Shown here: positions 38,410 through 46,880 of the stretch, one piece after another | Numbering within the stretch: position 1 is the first letter of the stretch | Layout of the letters: every line of letters begins with the position of its first letter | Origin: a virus | Taxonomy: Duplodnaviria; Caudoviricetes | Length of the DNA: 64,000 nucleotides | IMG/VR virus record: IMGVR_UViG_3300033072_000326 | Location: 24,043 to 88,042 of that record | Reading direction: 5' to 3' (one strand) | The notes under the pieces: model-generated | Told to the model about the DNA's origin: nothing | Databases searched by the model: none | The model's input: only the letters and a program-made list of their open reading frames with translations | Position numbers and translations under genes: made by a program

Positions 38410-38704
38410 CTGTCCATCGCCCACGTTTTACTGCCTGCACCGCATCCCACACAGCTTCTAGGCCGTATTTGCCCACCAGCTCGTACATGGTGGACGTTGC
38501 TTGTGTTTTTCGTTCTGCCTCTTTCTCTGCTTCTTCTACAGCTTTACGTGCTGCATCTACACGCGGTTGAATAGCTTCTGCACAACCTTCCCACTTGCTG
38601 TCATACAACGCTGCCTGTCGCATATTATTTTGTGCAAGCGTCATGTCAATAAGAAGCTCTTTCAGAGCACTCAGCAGTTTTTGATTTACATCACTCATAA
38701 TCAA
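38402..38704 (-). CDS. Hypothetical protein
   Basis: SD AGGAG; coupled. Confidence 0.6.
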   Translation of the reverse strand: MIMSDVNQKLLSALKELLIDMTLAQNNMRQAALYDSKWEGCAEAIQPRVDAARKAVEEAEKEAERKTQATSTMYELVGKYGLEAVWDAVQAVKRGRWTDE

Positions 38705-38921
38705 TCTCCTTTAGATATTCTTTGACAATATCATAATACAACTTACTCAAACTCCACTTATCTGTCACACCATATTCTTCCATATCTGACACAGAAGGGC
38801 AAATGTCTGTCCCATCGAACACACATTCATTGACATAAATTTCAATGTCTCCTTCGTAGATTTCGTAGGCAATAATGATGCCTGTATTATCGTCGTACAA
38901 ACGTGAAATGTTCTTAGCCAT
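38691..38921 (-). CDS. Hypothetical acidic protein
   Basis: Start at 38921 after GGAGG. Confidence 0.6.
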   Translation of the reverse strand: MAKNISRLYDDNTGIIIAYEIYEGDIEIYVNECVFDGTDICPSVSDMEEYGVTDKWSLSKLYYDIVKEYLKEIDYE

Positions 38922-39168
38922 GTTCATCCTCCTTTGGTTTCCTAGCAGCCTCAACGGCTGCGTCAGCGTATAAGCGCAGCGTTACGCTCTCTACGACGTC
39001 AAACGTATTATACACAAACAACACAGAGTGTGCAACACCTGTCCGTAATGTTGCCTCTTTTGCCACAGCTTCTGCCTCTTCTTTTGTTGTGTAGCATTTG
39101 CTGTGAAATGTCTTGAAAGAAATAGAGGATGTGTCAGCAGAATAATTTAAACGTGCAATAATGTACAT
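38914..39168 (-). CDS. Hypothetical protein, reads through repeat copy 3
   Basis: SD AGGAG. Confidence 0.55.
   Translation of the reverse strand: MYIIARLNYSADTSSISFKTFHSKCYTTKEEAEAVAKEATLRTGVAHSVLFVYNTFDVVESVTLRLYADAAVEAARKPKEDEHG
38944..38990 (-). repeat. Twin-hairpin junction element, copy 3
   Basis: AGCGTA-ACGCTGCGCTTA-TACGCT GAC GCAGCC-GTTGA-GGCTGC. Confidence 0.8.
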
Positions 39169-39305
39169 TTTCTCTCCTTACATGATGATGATTTGCACAC
39201 GTTTGCTATGTGCTGCTTTGAATAATTTCATTGTACGTTCTGGCATTGCTTTTGTAAAGCGTTTTCCAACAATGGGACGTATGTCCATGTAAGCTGTTGT
39301 GTATT

Positions 39306-39581
39306 TCACTGTTCACCTTTCATGCAGTGGATTTGTTGACGATAGGCTTTGCTATCTCCGCCAAGTTTGTCTATATAGTTACACATACCGATCATGGTGA
39401 GCAGCATGTCAGACTGCACCTTCTCGGCTTCGGTAACGACTTCCTTAGCATTCTCGATGCAATACTTCTCAGCCAACATTACAGCACGATGTACAGCGTC
39501 TTCCTTGCTGGTATCCCAAGCCAACACTTGTCGGTCATTCACACAATTCATCCATTGTGTGTCGTATAAACCAAGTTTCAT
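39306..39581 (-). CDS. Hypothetical protein
   Basis: SD AGGAG. Confidence 0.6.
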   Translation of the reverse strand: MKLGLYDTQWMNCVNDRQVLAWDTSKEDAVHRAVMLAEKYCIENAKEVVTEAEKVQSDMLLTMIGMCNYIDKLGGDSKAYRQQIHCMKGEQ

Positions 39582-39600
39582 TATTTCTCTCCTGTTAAGT

Positions 39601-39652
39601 GCTAGCAGCCTTTGAGCTGCTAGAGTACATAAGCGTTAGCGTTGTACTACTT
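39601..39652 (-). repeat. Twin-hairpin junction element, copy 4
   Basis: GAAGT AGTACA-ACGCTAACGCTTA-TGTACT CTA GCAGC-TCAAAG-GCTGC. Confidence 0.85.
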
Positions 39653-39790
39653 CAAATATAGCACTCTTTTGTTTGGCTTGCAACTGGATGATGAAATTAT
39701 CCGCTTCTACTTTCGTCTCACGATAGCCACACAACATACGACGTGGCGTTAGTTGCCAAATTATATACATCAATGTTCTCCTGTTTACGG

Positions 39791-39841
39791 GAGCAGCATA
39801 AAAGCTGCGAAAGCGTATAAACAAAGTGTTACGCTACTCCT
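39791..39841 (-). repeat. Twin-hairpin junction element, copy 5
   Basis: GGAGT AGCGTA-ACACTTTGTTTA-TACGCT TTC GCAGC-TTTTAT-GCTGC. Confidence 0.8.
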
Positions 39842-39968
39842 CCGATGTGTAAAATGTCTTCACATAAATATTGTCAACAACAGCATTATACTCGTTGTCA
39901 AACTCCGTGTCAATGTTGTCTAGCTCGTCTTGTGCTAGCAGAGTGTCAATTGATTCTTGCATGTTCAT
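39834..39968 (-). CDS. 44-aa acidic micro-protein (not in ORF track)
   Basis: SD AAGGA; MNMQESIDTLLAQDELDNIDTEFDNEYNAVVDNIYVKTFYTSEE. Confidence 0.5.
   Translation of the reverse strand: MNMQESIDTLLAQDELDNIDTEFDNEYNAVVDNIYVKTFYTSEE
39885..39913 (-). promoter_or_regulatory. Consensus sigma70 promoter (within small ORF)
   Basis: TTGACA-17 nt-TATAAT. Confidence 0.6.
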
Positions 39969-40055
39969 TCCTTGTGTTAACGAATAATGTCTGGGATGAA
40001 TGTATTATGCTTTGGATTGCGATGTTTGTCAATCTCTTTCAGCACAATTCTCACA

Positions 40056-40247
40056 TTAGCGAAGCGTTGTGGTATCTTTCTTCATGCACTCAGGGCAAGG
40101 AATGTAGCCAGTTTTACGCCAAACACTGTTGTCATGCTCTTGCTTCTCTTCTGGAGACAATGTGCAGAATACACGTCCGTTGCAGAAGCTGTCAATGCAA
40201 CATTGTGGATAGCCGAAGTCGAGTCCTGTTTCTCTCCAATTGTTCAT
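40056..40247 (-). CDS. Small Cys-rich hypothetical protein
   Basis: G..FGYP.CCI..F...GY.PC..C. Confidence 0.6.
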   Translation of the reverse strand: MNNWRETGLDFGYPQCCIDSFCNGRVFCTLSPEEKQEHDNSVWRKTGYIPCPECMKKDTTTLR

Positions 40248-40549
40248 TTCATTCTCCGTTGTTCAGCAATCATCTTTTGTAACTCCTTACAAAACTCATC
40301 CAATGCTTCGATGTCTTTGTTAAGGTACTTTTCAATCTCTTTCAAATCTGCAGGCTTGTCTTTAACCTCTGCCACAACATCACCCTTGATTGGGCACCAA
40401 GAGGCAATACGTTCTCCGTCTTCAAGAATATTCTCATAGAATTTGGGAGCTTTTGGATGACTGCAATAGTCCCAGCTTTCTCCATGACCTCGATGGTAGG
40501 TTTTGCATGGGCAATCGGAACAACCAGTCACTTCTATTGATAGTTTCAT
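40244..40549 (-). CDS. Hypothetical protein with Cys motif
   Basis: GCSDCP...YCSH...WCP. Confidence 0.6.
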   Translation of the reverse strand: MKLSIEVTGCSDCPCKTYHRGHGESWDYCSHPKAPKFYENILEDGERIASWCPIKGDVVAEVKDKPADLKEIEKYLNKDIEALDEFCKELQKMIAEQRRMK

Positions 40550-40581
40550 TCTTCAATCCTCCGTTCGTTAAGTATGTGGGT

Positions 40582-40643
40582 ACAATAGCACAGGCACACT
40601 CCTGTGTCAACCCCTTGACAAAAATTCTTTTCCATGTTATAGT
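40582..40643. promoter_or_regulatory. Back-to-back divergent sigma70 promoters at the strand switch
   Basis: Minus: TTGACA (40605-10)-17-TATTGT. Plus: TTGACA (40615-20)-17-TATAGT. Confidence 0.75.
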
Positions 40644-40649
40644 GGCTCT

Positions 40650-40845
40650 CATGAATAACGGGTGGCTCACGTAAGAGCACTGCCGAATTATAGGGGGAGG
40701 GTGGTTGATTGCAACTGTCCTCGGCAGAAAGGTGTTTCGATTCTCAAGTTGGATGTGACTGAGAAGAGCACACTTCTTCAGACTTTCTTAGTTTTCACTA
40801 AGGGGGTTTGGGGGATTGTGTTCTCAAACTCAGTTGGATGTATAC
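40650..40845 (+). ncRNA. Candidate structured RNA / long leader
   Basis: Follows the plus promoter, has no credible ORF, and forms several helices with G.U pairs on the + strand. Confidence 0.5.
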
Positions 40846-40900
40846 TCTACTACCTACATACAGAATAAGACAATACACTCTAAGACAACAAACAAAGATG

Positions 40901-40929
40901 TTGACAGACACAAAGACAAGAGCTAACAT
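40901..40929 (+). promoter_or_regulatory. Sigma70-like promoter
   Basis: TTGACA-17 nt-TAACAT. Confidence 0.55.
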
Positions 40930-40966
40930 GTACACATCAACCTGAACAACAAAGGAGAAGCATGAC

Positions 40967-41368
40967 ATGTCACAATTCATCATCAACAGAAACAACATGC
41001 AAGATGTACGAGAGATGTGTGCATTCTTTGCTAAAGAACACAAATACGAAATTGAACGTCTTGCTTGGCAACATGATGTGTTGGAGGTAAAGCAATTAAA
41101 GTATTGGAGTGTACATTCTAGCAATAGACTTAAGAATGTAAAGAAGATTGAAGACGGGTTGAACAGCTGGCTTAAACAAGTTAAGGCTCGTTACAACTAC
41201 CTCATTGATGCTGTGCAAATGTGTTTGCTTGTTGAACGTCTTACGGATGAATATGCGTTTGAAGAAATGCACGTAGACAGTAGGGACATGGATATTGTTG
41301 TGTCCTACTATCGCCTACACAACCTTGTTGAACACGTTGTTTACGACGACGATTTTATTCCATATTGA
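40967..41368 (+). CDS. Hypothetical protein
   Basis: SD AGGAG. Confidence 0.65.
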   Translation: MSQFIINRNNMQDVREMCAFFAKEHKYEIERLAWQHDVLEVKQLKYWSVHSSNRLKNVKKIEDGLNSWLKQVKARYNYLIDAVQMCLLVERLTDEYAFEEMHVDSRDMDIVVSYYRLHNLVEHVVYDDDFIPY

Positions 41369-41377
41369 GGAGAGAAC

Positions 41378-41596
41378 ATGAAATACATTATTTGTGCATT
41401 AGCTTTGTTTCTTACAGCTTGCTCTGATATGTCTGCTAAAGAAATTGCAGGACGTAAAGCATATTGTCAGAAGCAAGGGGCTGTGAATATTGCATACATA
41501 CAAGCAAGTTTTAGTCGGAAAGGGCGTGTTTCTGGTGTAACATGTGTGTTCAACGGGTATGAAACAGACAGTGAGTATGTGGAGGAGAAGAAATGA
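41378..41596 (+). CDS. Small lipoprotein
   Basis: Signal peptide with LTAC lipobox. Confidence 0.6.
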   Translation: MKYIICALALFLTACSDMSAKEIAGRKAYCQKQGAVNIAYIQASFSRKGRVSGVTCVFNGYETDSEYVEEKK

Positions 41597-41835
41597 AACT
41601 GATTAACGAAAGCAATTGGAAGCAAGAGATTGCAAGATTGAAGGCAGAGCGTATTGTCAGCAACAAAGAGCTTCGGTATTTTGAAAACTTGTACGAAGAT
41701 CAGGACACAAGTGATGGATTGATTATTGTTGGTGCTTTGTTGTCTTACACACATGAACATATAAAACGCCTTGACAAAGCCATTGAAACAATAGAGAATG
41801 TGTTTGTACATAAACAATGTTACATTGAAAGCTGA
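41593..41835 (+). CDS. Hypothetical protein
   Basis: SD GGAG; coupled. Confidence 0.55.
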   Translation: MKLINESNWKQEIARLKAERIVSNKELRYFENLYEDQDTSDGLIIVGALLSYTHEHIKRLDKAIETIENVFVHKQCYIES

Positions 41836-41847
41836 CAGGAGACATTC

Positions 41848-42039
41848 ATGAACACACCATACGTTTCTGACAAACCATTCCCAAACAGCTATTATGTAGC
41901 TTCTGTTGGGGAGGCTGTTGTGCGCGAAAGCATGTTCTTCTCTACATTGCAACAAGCTATTGCATTCAAGCAAGCTGTTGAGAAAGAATATAAGGATGAA
42001 ACATTCATTGTTGTTGACACAGCAGCAGAGATGTGCTAA
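41848..42039 (+). CDS. Hypothetical protein
   Basis: SD AGGAG. Confidence 0.55.
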   Translation: MNTPYVSDKPFPNSYYVASVGEAVVRESMFFSTLQQAIAFKQAVEKEYKDETFIVVDTAAEMC

Positions 42040-42073
42040 TATTCAAACACTAAATGTTTAAGGAGAGAAACAA

Positions 42074-42784
42074 ATGAAACAACAATTTTTTGTTGGTGAT
42101 GTTGTTAAAATCACAGGCGTGCCTGCACCAGTTCAAGGTGCAGTATGGACAAGTACCATGGATGATTGCTATGGACGTACTGGCACAATTGTAGATGTTG
42201 TGGAGTACAATAGTGGTTGCATTGGCTACCTTGTGAATGTGAGTTTTGAACATTACAATTTCGCTCCAGAGTGGTTGACAATTGTAGAACGTCAGTGGCA
42301 GAAAAATATAGGGGTGCAGCCTGTTGATGGGAAGATTGAGGTAGAAATTAAGTTACCTTCATGCGCTACAGATAAAGCCCCTGCTTACCAATATAGATGG
42401 GATTTTGAAGACTCTTCAGGTGATATTGTGGAGTGGCGTATTGCTGATAGCGTATCTTTTAGTAAAGAGCAGCCAGAAGGTATTCCTCCGTCACATGTTG
42501 CTCTTGGTGAGGAGCTTGCATCTACAGATGCAACACCTACTAGCGTATCTACCGAACAGGACAAAAAGCATTCCCATTATTTCAAGAAATGTGGTTACGA
42601 CTACGTTGATGTTTATCGCGTGTTAAAAATGTTCGATGTTACAGACCCGTGTATTAGTCATGCTTGCAAAAAATTGCTCGTAACAGGGGGACGCGGATTT
42701 AAGGACATTGACCATGACATTCAAGATGTGATTGACACACTTGTACGTTGGCAAGAAATGCGGAAGGAGGATAGCGATGGCTAA
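42074..42784 (+). CDS. Multi-domain protein with C-terminal DUF3310-like (T7 gp1.7-related) domain
   Basis: HSHYFK...DVY.V...F.VTDP...HA.KKLL..G.RG.KD..D....ID. Confidence 0.6.
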   Translation: MKQQFFVGDVVKITGVPAPVQGAVWTSTMDDCYGRTGTIVDVVEYNSGCIGYLVNVSFEHYNFAPEWLTIVERQWQKNIGVQPVDGKIEVEIKLPSCATDKAPAYQYRWDFEDSSGDIVEWRIADSVSFSKEQPEGIPPSHVALGEELASTDATPTSVSTEQDKKHSHYFKKCGYDYVDVYRVLKMFDVTDPCISHACKKLLVTGGRGFKDIDHDIQDVIDTLVRWQEMRKEDSDG

Positions 42785-42913
42785 AACAATGTCTATGATG
42801 CAAGAAGAGCTTGACTATCTCTATAGCTTGCTGGATTATCTGGACGACAATGTTCCGTGTCTTGATGTTTTGACTGAACAGTTTAATGAACAACTTGAAG
42901 AAGGAGAGAAATA

Positions 42914-43207
42914 ATGGACATGCTTAAAATTGTACAACAATGGCACAATGATGATGGTGATGGTACAGAGGAGGAGTTTGAATATTGCTCGCAACATCTC
43001 GAAGAGATTGAGTCATCAGAAGATGTCGATGGAAAATACGTTCACTACTCCACTGTATACAAGGACAACAACACAGGTAAGTATTACAGAGCAACAACAG
43101 AACGCACAAACAATGGATATTGGGGAGATAGTGAGAAAACAAATGAGTGGTGCTATGAAGTAGTGCCGAAGGAAATTACAAAGACAATTTACGTTGCTAT
43201 TAAATAA
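42914..43207 (+). CDS. Hypothetical acidic protein
   Basis: SD AGGAG. Confidence 0.6.
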   Translation: MDMLKIVQQWHNDDGDGTEEEFEYCSQHLEEIESSEDVDGKYVHYSTVYKDNNTGKYYRATTERTNNGYWGDSEKTNEWCYEVVPKEITKTIYVAIK

Positions 43208-43216
43208 GGAGAGAAT

Positions 43217-43951
43217 ATGCGTAACAAAGAAATCAGTGTAGAATTTATTGACAAAATGGGCAGTGACAAACGTATCTGTAACGCAGCTCGTGTTTCGTTT
43301 GCCAAATGGGATGATGAGAACGAGATTACAGAGGTAGACAAAGGTTTGCTTCGTTACCTTGCAACTGGTCTACCAAAAGCGGAACGAGATGACTGGGAGA
43401 AGCGTGCAAGAGCACACACCCACTTTACGCCGTTCTGTCATGCAACATTGTCTGTTCGTGTCACTGTACCTATTTTTGTGGCACGCCAGCTTCACAAGCA
43501 CGTAATTGGTTTGGTGATTAACGAAGAGTCTCGTCGTTATACGACAAATGATGTTGGTTTGTTTATCCCCGACGTTATTCACAAAGCCCCAGACCACAAG
43601 AAACAAGGCGCAAGTAGTGAGGAACATACAGACATTGTTGCCAAAGAGGGTAAATTTGGCGGGAAAGATATGACAGCAAAAGAGCTTATTCAGCAACAGA
43701 CAGAATCTGCTGTGGATGCATACGAAACCCTTCTTGCTGCCGGTGTTGCTCCTGAAGAAGCTCGTATTGTTCTTCCGTTGAACATGATGGTGACTTGGAT
43801 TTGGACGGGGTCGCTGCTAGCATTCAACCGTGTATACCAACAGCGAGCAGACAGTCATGCACAAATCACCGGCACACAAGAGTTTGCTGAGAAGCTGGGC
43901 AAGATTCTATACGAGCACTTCCCACACAGCATGGAGGCACTGAACAGCTGA
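43217..43951 (+). CDS. thyX: Flavin-dependent thymidylate synthase
   Basis: MGSD..I.NAARVSF, H.TPF.H, PIFVARQL.KH, NEESRRY, PEEAR.VLP. Confidence 0.93.
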   Translation: MRNKEISVEFIDKMGSDKRICNAARVSFAKWDDENEITEVDKGLLRYLATGLPKAERDDWEKRARAHTHFTPFCHATLSVRVTVPIFVARQLHKHVIGLVINEESRRYTTNDVGLFIPDVIHKAPDHKKQGASSEEHTDIVAKEGKFGGKDMTAKELIQQQTESAVDAYETLLAAGVAPEEARIVLPLNMMVTWIWTGSLLAFNRVYQQRADSHAQITGTQEFAEKLGKILYEHFPHSMEALNS

Positions 43952-44535
43952 TGGCAAAACCGAAAGAACTCCCACCTTTGGAATTTCTCAAGGAGTGTTT
44001 TGAGATTAGGGAAGGTATATTGTATTGGAAAACAAGACCAATACACCATTTTAAATCTGCCACCGGTTGTAAAAGTTTTAACACTCAGTTTTCGGGCAAA
44101 CCTTGTAGTGAAAAGCCTATGAAAGGGCAAAGGTATTTGAAAGTGAAAGTAATGGATTCTTTATTTCCACAACACCGAATAATGTTGAGTCTTTACATAG
44201 ACAGACTTCTGACTAGTGAGGAAATTGTAGACCATGTGGACGGAAACTGCTTGAATAATGCAATGGAAAATTTAAGGGTGGCCACCTATCTTGACAATTC
44301 TAGAAACCAAAAGAAAAATGTCAGGAACACAACAGGGAAAAGTGGGGTGTACTTTTTACAAAACACGGACGGCTCTACTTTCTATAGAGCGCAGTGGAAT
44401 GTTCAGGGCAAACGTAAGAATAAGTCATTCTCAATCAAACGATTCGGGGAAGATATTGCTTTCAGGTTAGCTTGCGACTTCATAGATAAAGTACGATTTG
44501 AGCTTGGAGGTTACACCGAAAGACACGGGGTTTAA
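43951..44535 (+). CDS. Free-standing HNH/AP2 homing endonuclease
   Basis: HR....L...IVDHVDGN.LNN...NLR, N.T.GKSGV, K.FS...FG...AF..A. Confidence 0.88.
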   Translation: MAKPKELPPLEFLKECFEIREGILYWKTRPIHHFKSATGCKSFNTQFSGKPCSEKPMKGQRYLKVKVMDSLFPQHRIMLSLYIDRLLTSEEIVDHVDGNCLNNAMENLRVATYLDNSRNQKKNVRNTTGKSGVYFLQNTDGSTFYRAQWNVQGKRKNKSFSIKRFGEDIAFRLACDFIDKVRFELGGYTERHGV

Positions 44536-44616
44536 CAGGAGCATGTCATTCTTGCAACAGTTATTGCAGAACAGATTTGCCAAGCATTTGATGTGAAGTC
44601 TGTGCTGAATAAATAA
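44536..44616 (+). pseudogene. Possible orphaned 3' end of an earlier thyX allele
   Basis: No start codon; reads QEHVILATVIAEQICQAFDVKSVLNK-stop, resembling the ThyX terminal helix Q.EH...A..I...I...F. Confidence 0.4.
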
Positions 44617-44632
44617 GATGTGACATAAGAGG

Positions 44633-44670
44633 GGAGGCACGCTTTATGCGTAGCCTCCTGTTTTCTTTTT
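44633..44670 (+). terminator. Rho-independent terminator
   Basis: GGAGGC-ACGC/GCGT-A-GCCTCC plus TGTTTTCTTTTT. Confidence 0.75.
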
Positions 44671-44701
44671 CCCTCACAACAAAAGTATTTTGAGAAATGT
44701 G

Positions 44702-44730
44702 TTGACATGTCGTCAGACATCCACTATGAT
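44702..44730 (+). promoter_or_regulatory. Sigma70-like promoter
   Basis: TTGACA-17 nt-TATGAT. Confidence 0.7.
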
Positions 44731-44761
44731 ACATACATCAACTCAATGCAAGGGGAAACAA

Positions 44762-44944
44762 ATGACTACTAAATGGAAATTTTACACTTTCAAAGTTACA
44801 CTGAAATATGACGACAGTGGTGAGGAGGTTGTACGCACACTACAGGTTCCGGCCTTTGATGTTGTAACTGCTGCTGTTGAAGTTGGTAGGGTATATAAAG
44901 GTGAGCACTATGAAGTAGTGAAGGTTGAGTGGAAAGAAGGTTGA
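44762..44944 (+). CDS. Hypothetical protein
   Basis: Start at 44762 after AGGGG. Confidence 0.55.
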   Translation: MTTKWKFYTFKVTLKYDDSGEEVVRTLQVPAFDVVTAAVEVGRVYKGEHYEVVKVEWKEG

Positions 44945-44948
44945 CAAC

Positions 44949-45131
44949 ATGTACAAAAGCGGATATTATTTTGTGCAACTGAACAAACATCTTCCAGCCA
45001 TTCCAATGTACGTCGTGAATATTAATGACGACTTGTACGTTTATCAATCTGCTGTCGGTAAGTGGAGGCAAGTGATGGAATGGGATGTAGAAGAAATCAC
45101 CCCACCTGCACGTCTTGTAGTTAAACACTAA
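44949..45131 (+). CDS. Hypothetical protein
   Basis: Co-oriented small ORF. Confidence 0.5.
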   Translation: MYKSGYYFVQLNKHLPAIPMYVVNINDDLYVYQSAVGKWRQVMEWDVEEITPPARLVVKH

Positions 45132-45142
45132 GGAGAATACAA

Positions 45143-45376
45143 ATGAAACAATTCCCATACACACAACAAATCATTTGGGAGAATGATGTTGAGCAGATTG
45201 AATGGGCAAGTAGGCTTGTTTACTCGGATTACAGTGATTTGTACCTGATTAAAACACATCACAGTGGTGTTCACGTAGGTAATTGGCGAAGGTACTTTGG
45301 AGGTGATCTACCTCATTTTGTATCAAACGAGCATGTGTTTCATCCAGAAGAAGTTGAGTGCTGGGCTAAGCTTTAA
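45143..45376 (+). CDS. Hypothetical protein
   Basis: SD AGGAG. Confidence 0.55.
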   Translation: MKQFPYTQQIIWENDVEQIEWASRLVYSDYSDLYLIKTHHSGVHVGNWRRYFGGDLPHFVSNEHVFHPEEVECWAKL

Positions 45377-45398
45377 TCCATACAGTAAGGAGAACATA

Positions 45399-46880
45399 AT
45401 GCTATACAACATCATCAAACAACTTCAAGATACACCAAGTACAAACGATAAGCTTTCTATTTTGAAAGCAAACAAAGACAATGAATTGTTGAGAGAGTAC
45501 ATGCGTCTTGTTTGTTGCCCTTCTGTCTCGTTCTACATTACAGCAAAGACGCTTCCTGTTATATCTAAGATAGGGACGTATACATTCCAGTCCCTCATGA
45601 ATGCTGGGTATTCTCTTGGCACAAAAGAACTTTCTCAACGTCATGTTACAGGACAGGCAGCAAAGAATTTTATTGTTGCTACAATGGAAGACCTTGACGA
45701 AGAACACCAACAACTGTACAAAATGCTCCTCCTCAAAGACATTCGTGCGAAAGTGGGGGCAACACTTGTAAACAAGGTGTGGCCTAATTTGTGTGTTTCT
45801 GTTCCCTATATGCGTTGCTCATTACCTGATGAGAAGGCATTGGAGAAGTTTAAGAAAGTAGAGAAATTCATTGTCCAGACAAAAGGTGATGGTATGTTTG
45901 CTTCCCTTGTGCTGGATGGAACAGACTGGAAAGAGGACGTGCAATTATTTACACGCAACGGGAATAAGTTTCCACAGCAGTTTGCAGAATACATTGCCAC
46001 CAGCCTTAATGACAGCACCAGTGTTTACGAAGGTGAGCTTATTTGTTTCCGTGGGAATGAAATGCTTTCTCGAAAAGAAGGTAATGGCATTCTGAACTCT
46101 GTCATGCAAGGTGGTGAGATTCCTAACGGTATTCGTGTCCACTACTACGTGTGGAATCGTCTGCCACTTGACGACTGGAAGGTAGGTAAAACAGACCTGC
46201 CATACTCCACATGCTTGCGAATGTGCTTCCAAAAGGTGAAACAAGGTATGTCTACATGCGGGAGGAAAGCTCCTATCAACATGTCTCTCATTGAATTCGA
46301 TTATGCAGCTAGTTTGGAAGAAGCATATACGTTTAACAACAAACAGCTTGCTAAAGGGTTGGAAGGTTCTATCATCAAAACATTGACACACAAATGGCGT
46401 GATGGTACAAGCAAAGAGTGTCTGAAGCTCAAGCTTGCTGTTGAGATTGATTTGATTGTAGAGGAGATTGAAGAGGCGACAGGGAAAGACGCGGGGTGTG
46501 CTGGACGTATTCAGGCAAAAAGTAGTTGCGGCATTCTTGAGACTGGTATAAACTGCACAGGTGAGTATGCACACCGTAAGTTTGTGTTTGAAAACAAAGA
46601 GCAGTATATTGGCAGGGTGTTTACGTGTGTAGCGAACGACATTGTTGACAACGAGCTAAAGCCAGACAAGAAGAGTTTGTTCCTTGGTCGCTCTGATCTT
46701 TACAACGAGGTCAGATACGACAAGACACAGGCTGACGATGTGGAACGTATCCACGCAATGTTTAATGCTGCTAAAGGGGCATGTCCTAAATCGACATGCA
46801 ACGCTATCGCTTATACACAGGCAGCAGCGACTTGTCGCAAACCTTTCATGGCTGCCAAATACAAAGGAGAAGAGAAATGA
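45399..46880 (+). CDS. ATP-dependent DNA ligase
   Basis: Start at 45399 after AGGAG. QTKGDG (KxDG), TRNGN, YEGEL, EGSIIK, LKLK motifs. Confidence 0.92.
   Translation: MLYNIIKQLQDTPSTNDKLSILKANKDNELLREYMRLVCCPSVSFYITAKTLPVISKIGTYTFQSLMNAGYSLGTKELSQRHVTGQAAKNFIVATMEDLDEEHQQLYKMLLLKDIRAKVGATLVNKVWPNLCVSVPYMRCSLPDEKALEKFKKVEKFIVQTKGDGMFASLVLDGTDWKEDVQLFTRNGNKFPQQFAEYIATSLNDSTSVYEGELICFRGNEMLSRKEGNGILNSVMQGGEIPNGIRVHYYVWNRLPLDDWKVGKTDLPYSTCLRMCFQKVKQGMSTCGRKAPINMSLIEFDYAASLEEAYTFNNKQLAKGLEGSIIKTLTHKWRDGTSKECLKLKLAVEIDLIVEEIEEATGKDAGCAGRIQAKSSCGILETGINCTGEYAHRKFVFENKEQYIGRVFTCVANDIVDNELKPDKKSLFLGRSDLYNEVRYDKTQADDVERIHAMFNAAKGACPKSTCNAIAYTQAAATCRKPFMAAKYKGEEK
46797..46856 (+). repeat. Degenerate twin-hairpin element inside ligase 3' end
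   Basis: TGCA-ACGCTATCGCTTA-TACA CAG GCAGC...GGCTGC. Confidence 0.5.

Noticed and set aside
32381-39841. Repeats as a CRISPR array or integron attC sites
   Set aside because: Copies are kilobases apart and variable, lack GTTRRRY core sites, and no cas or integrase gene is in the window
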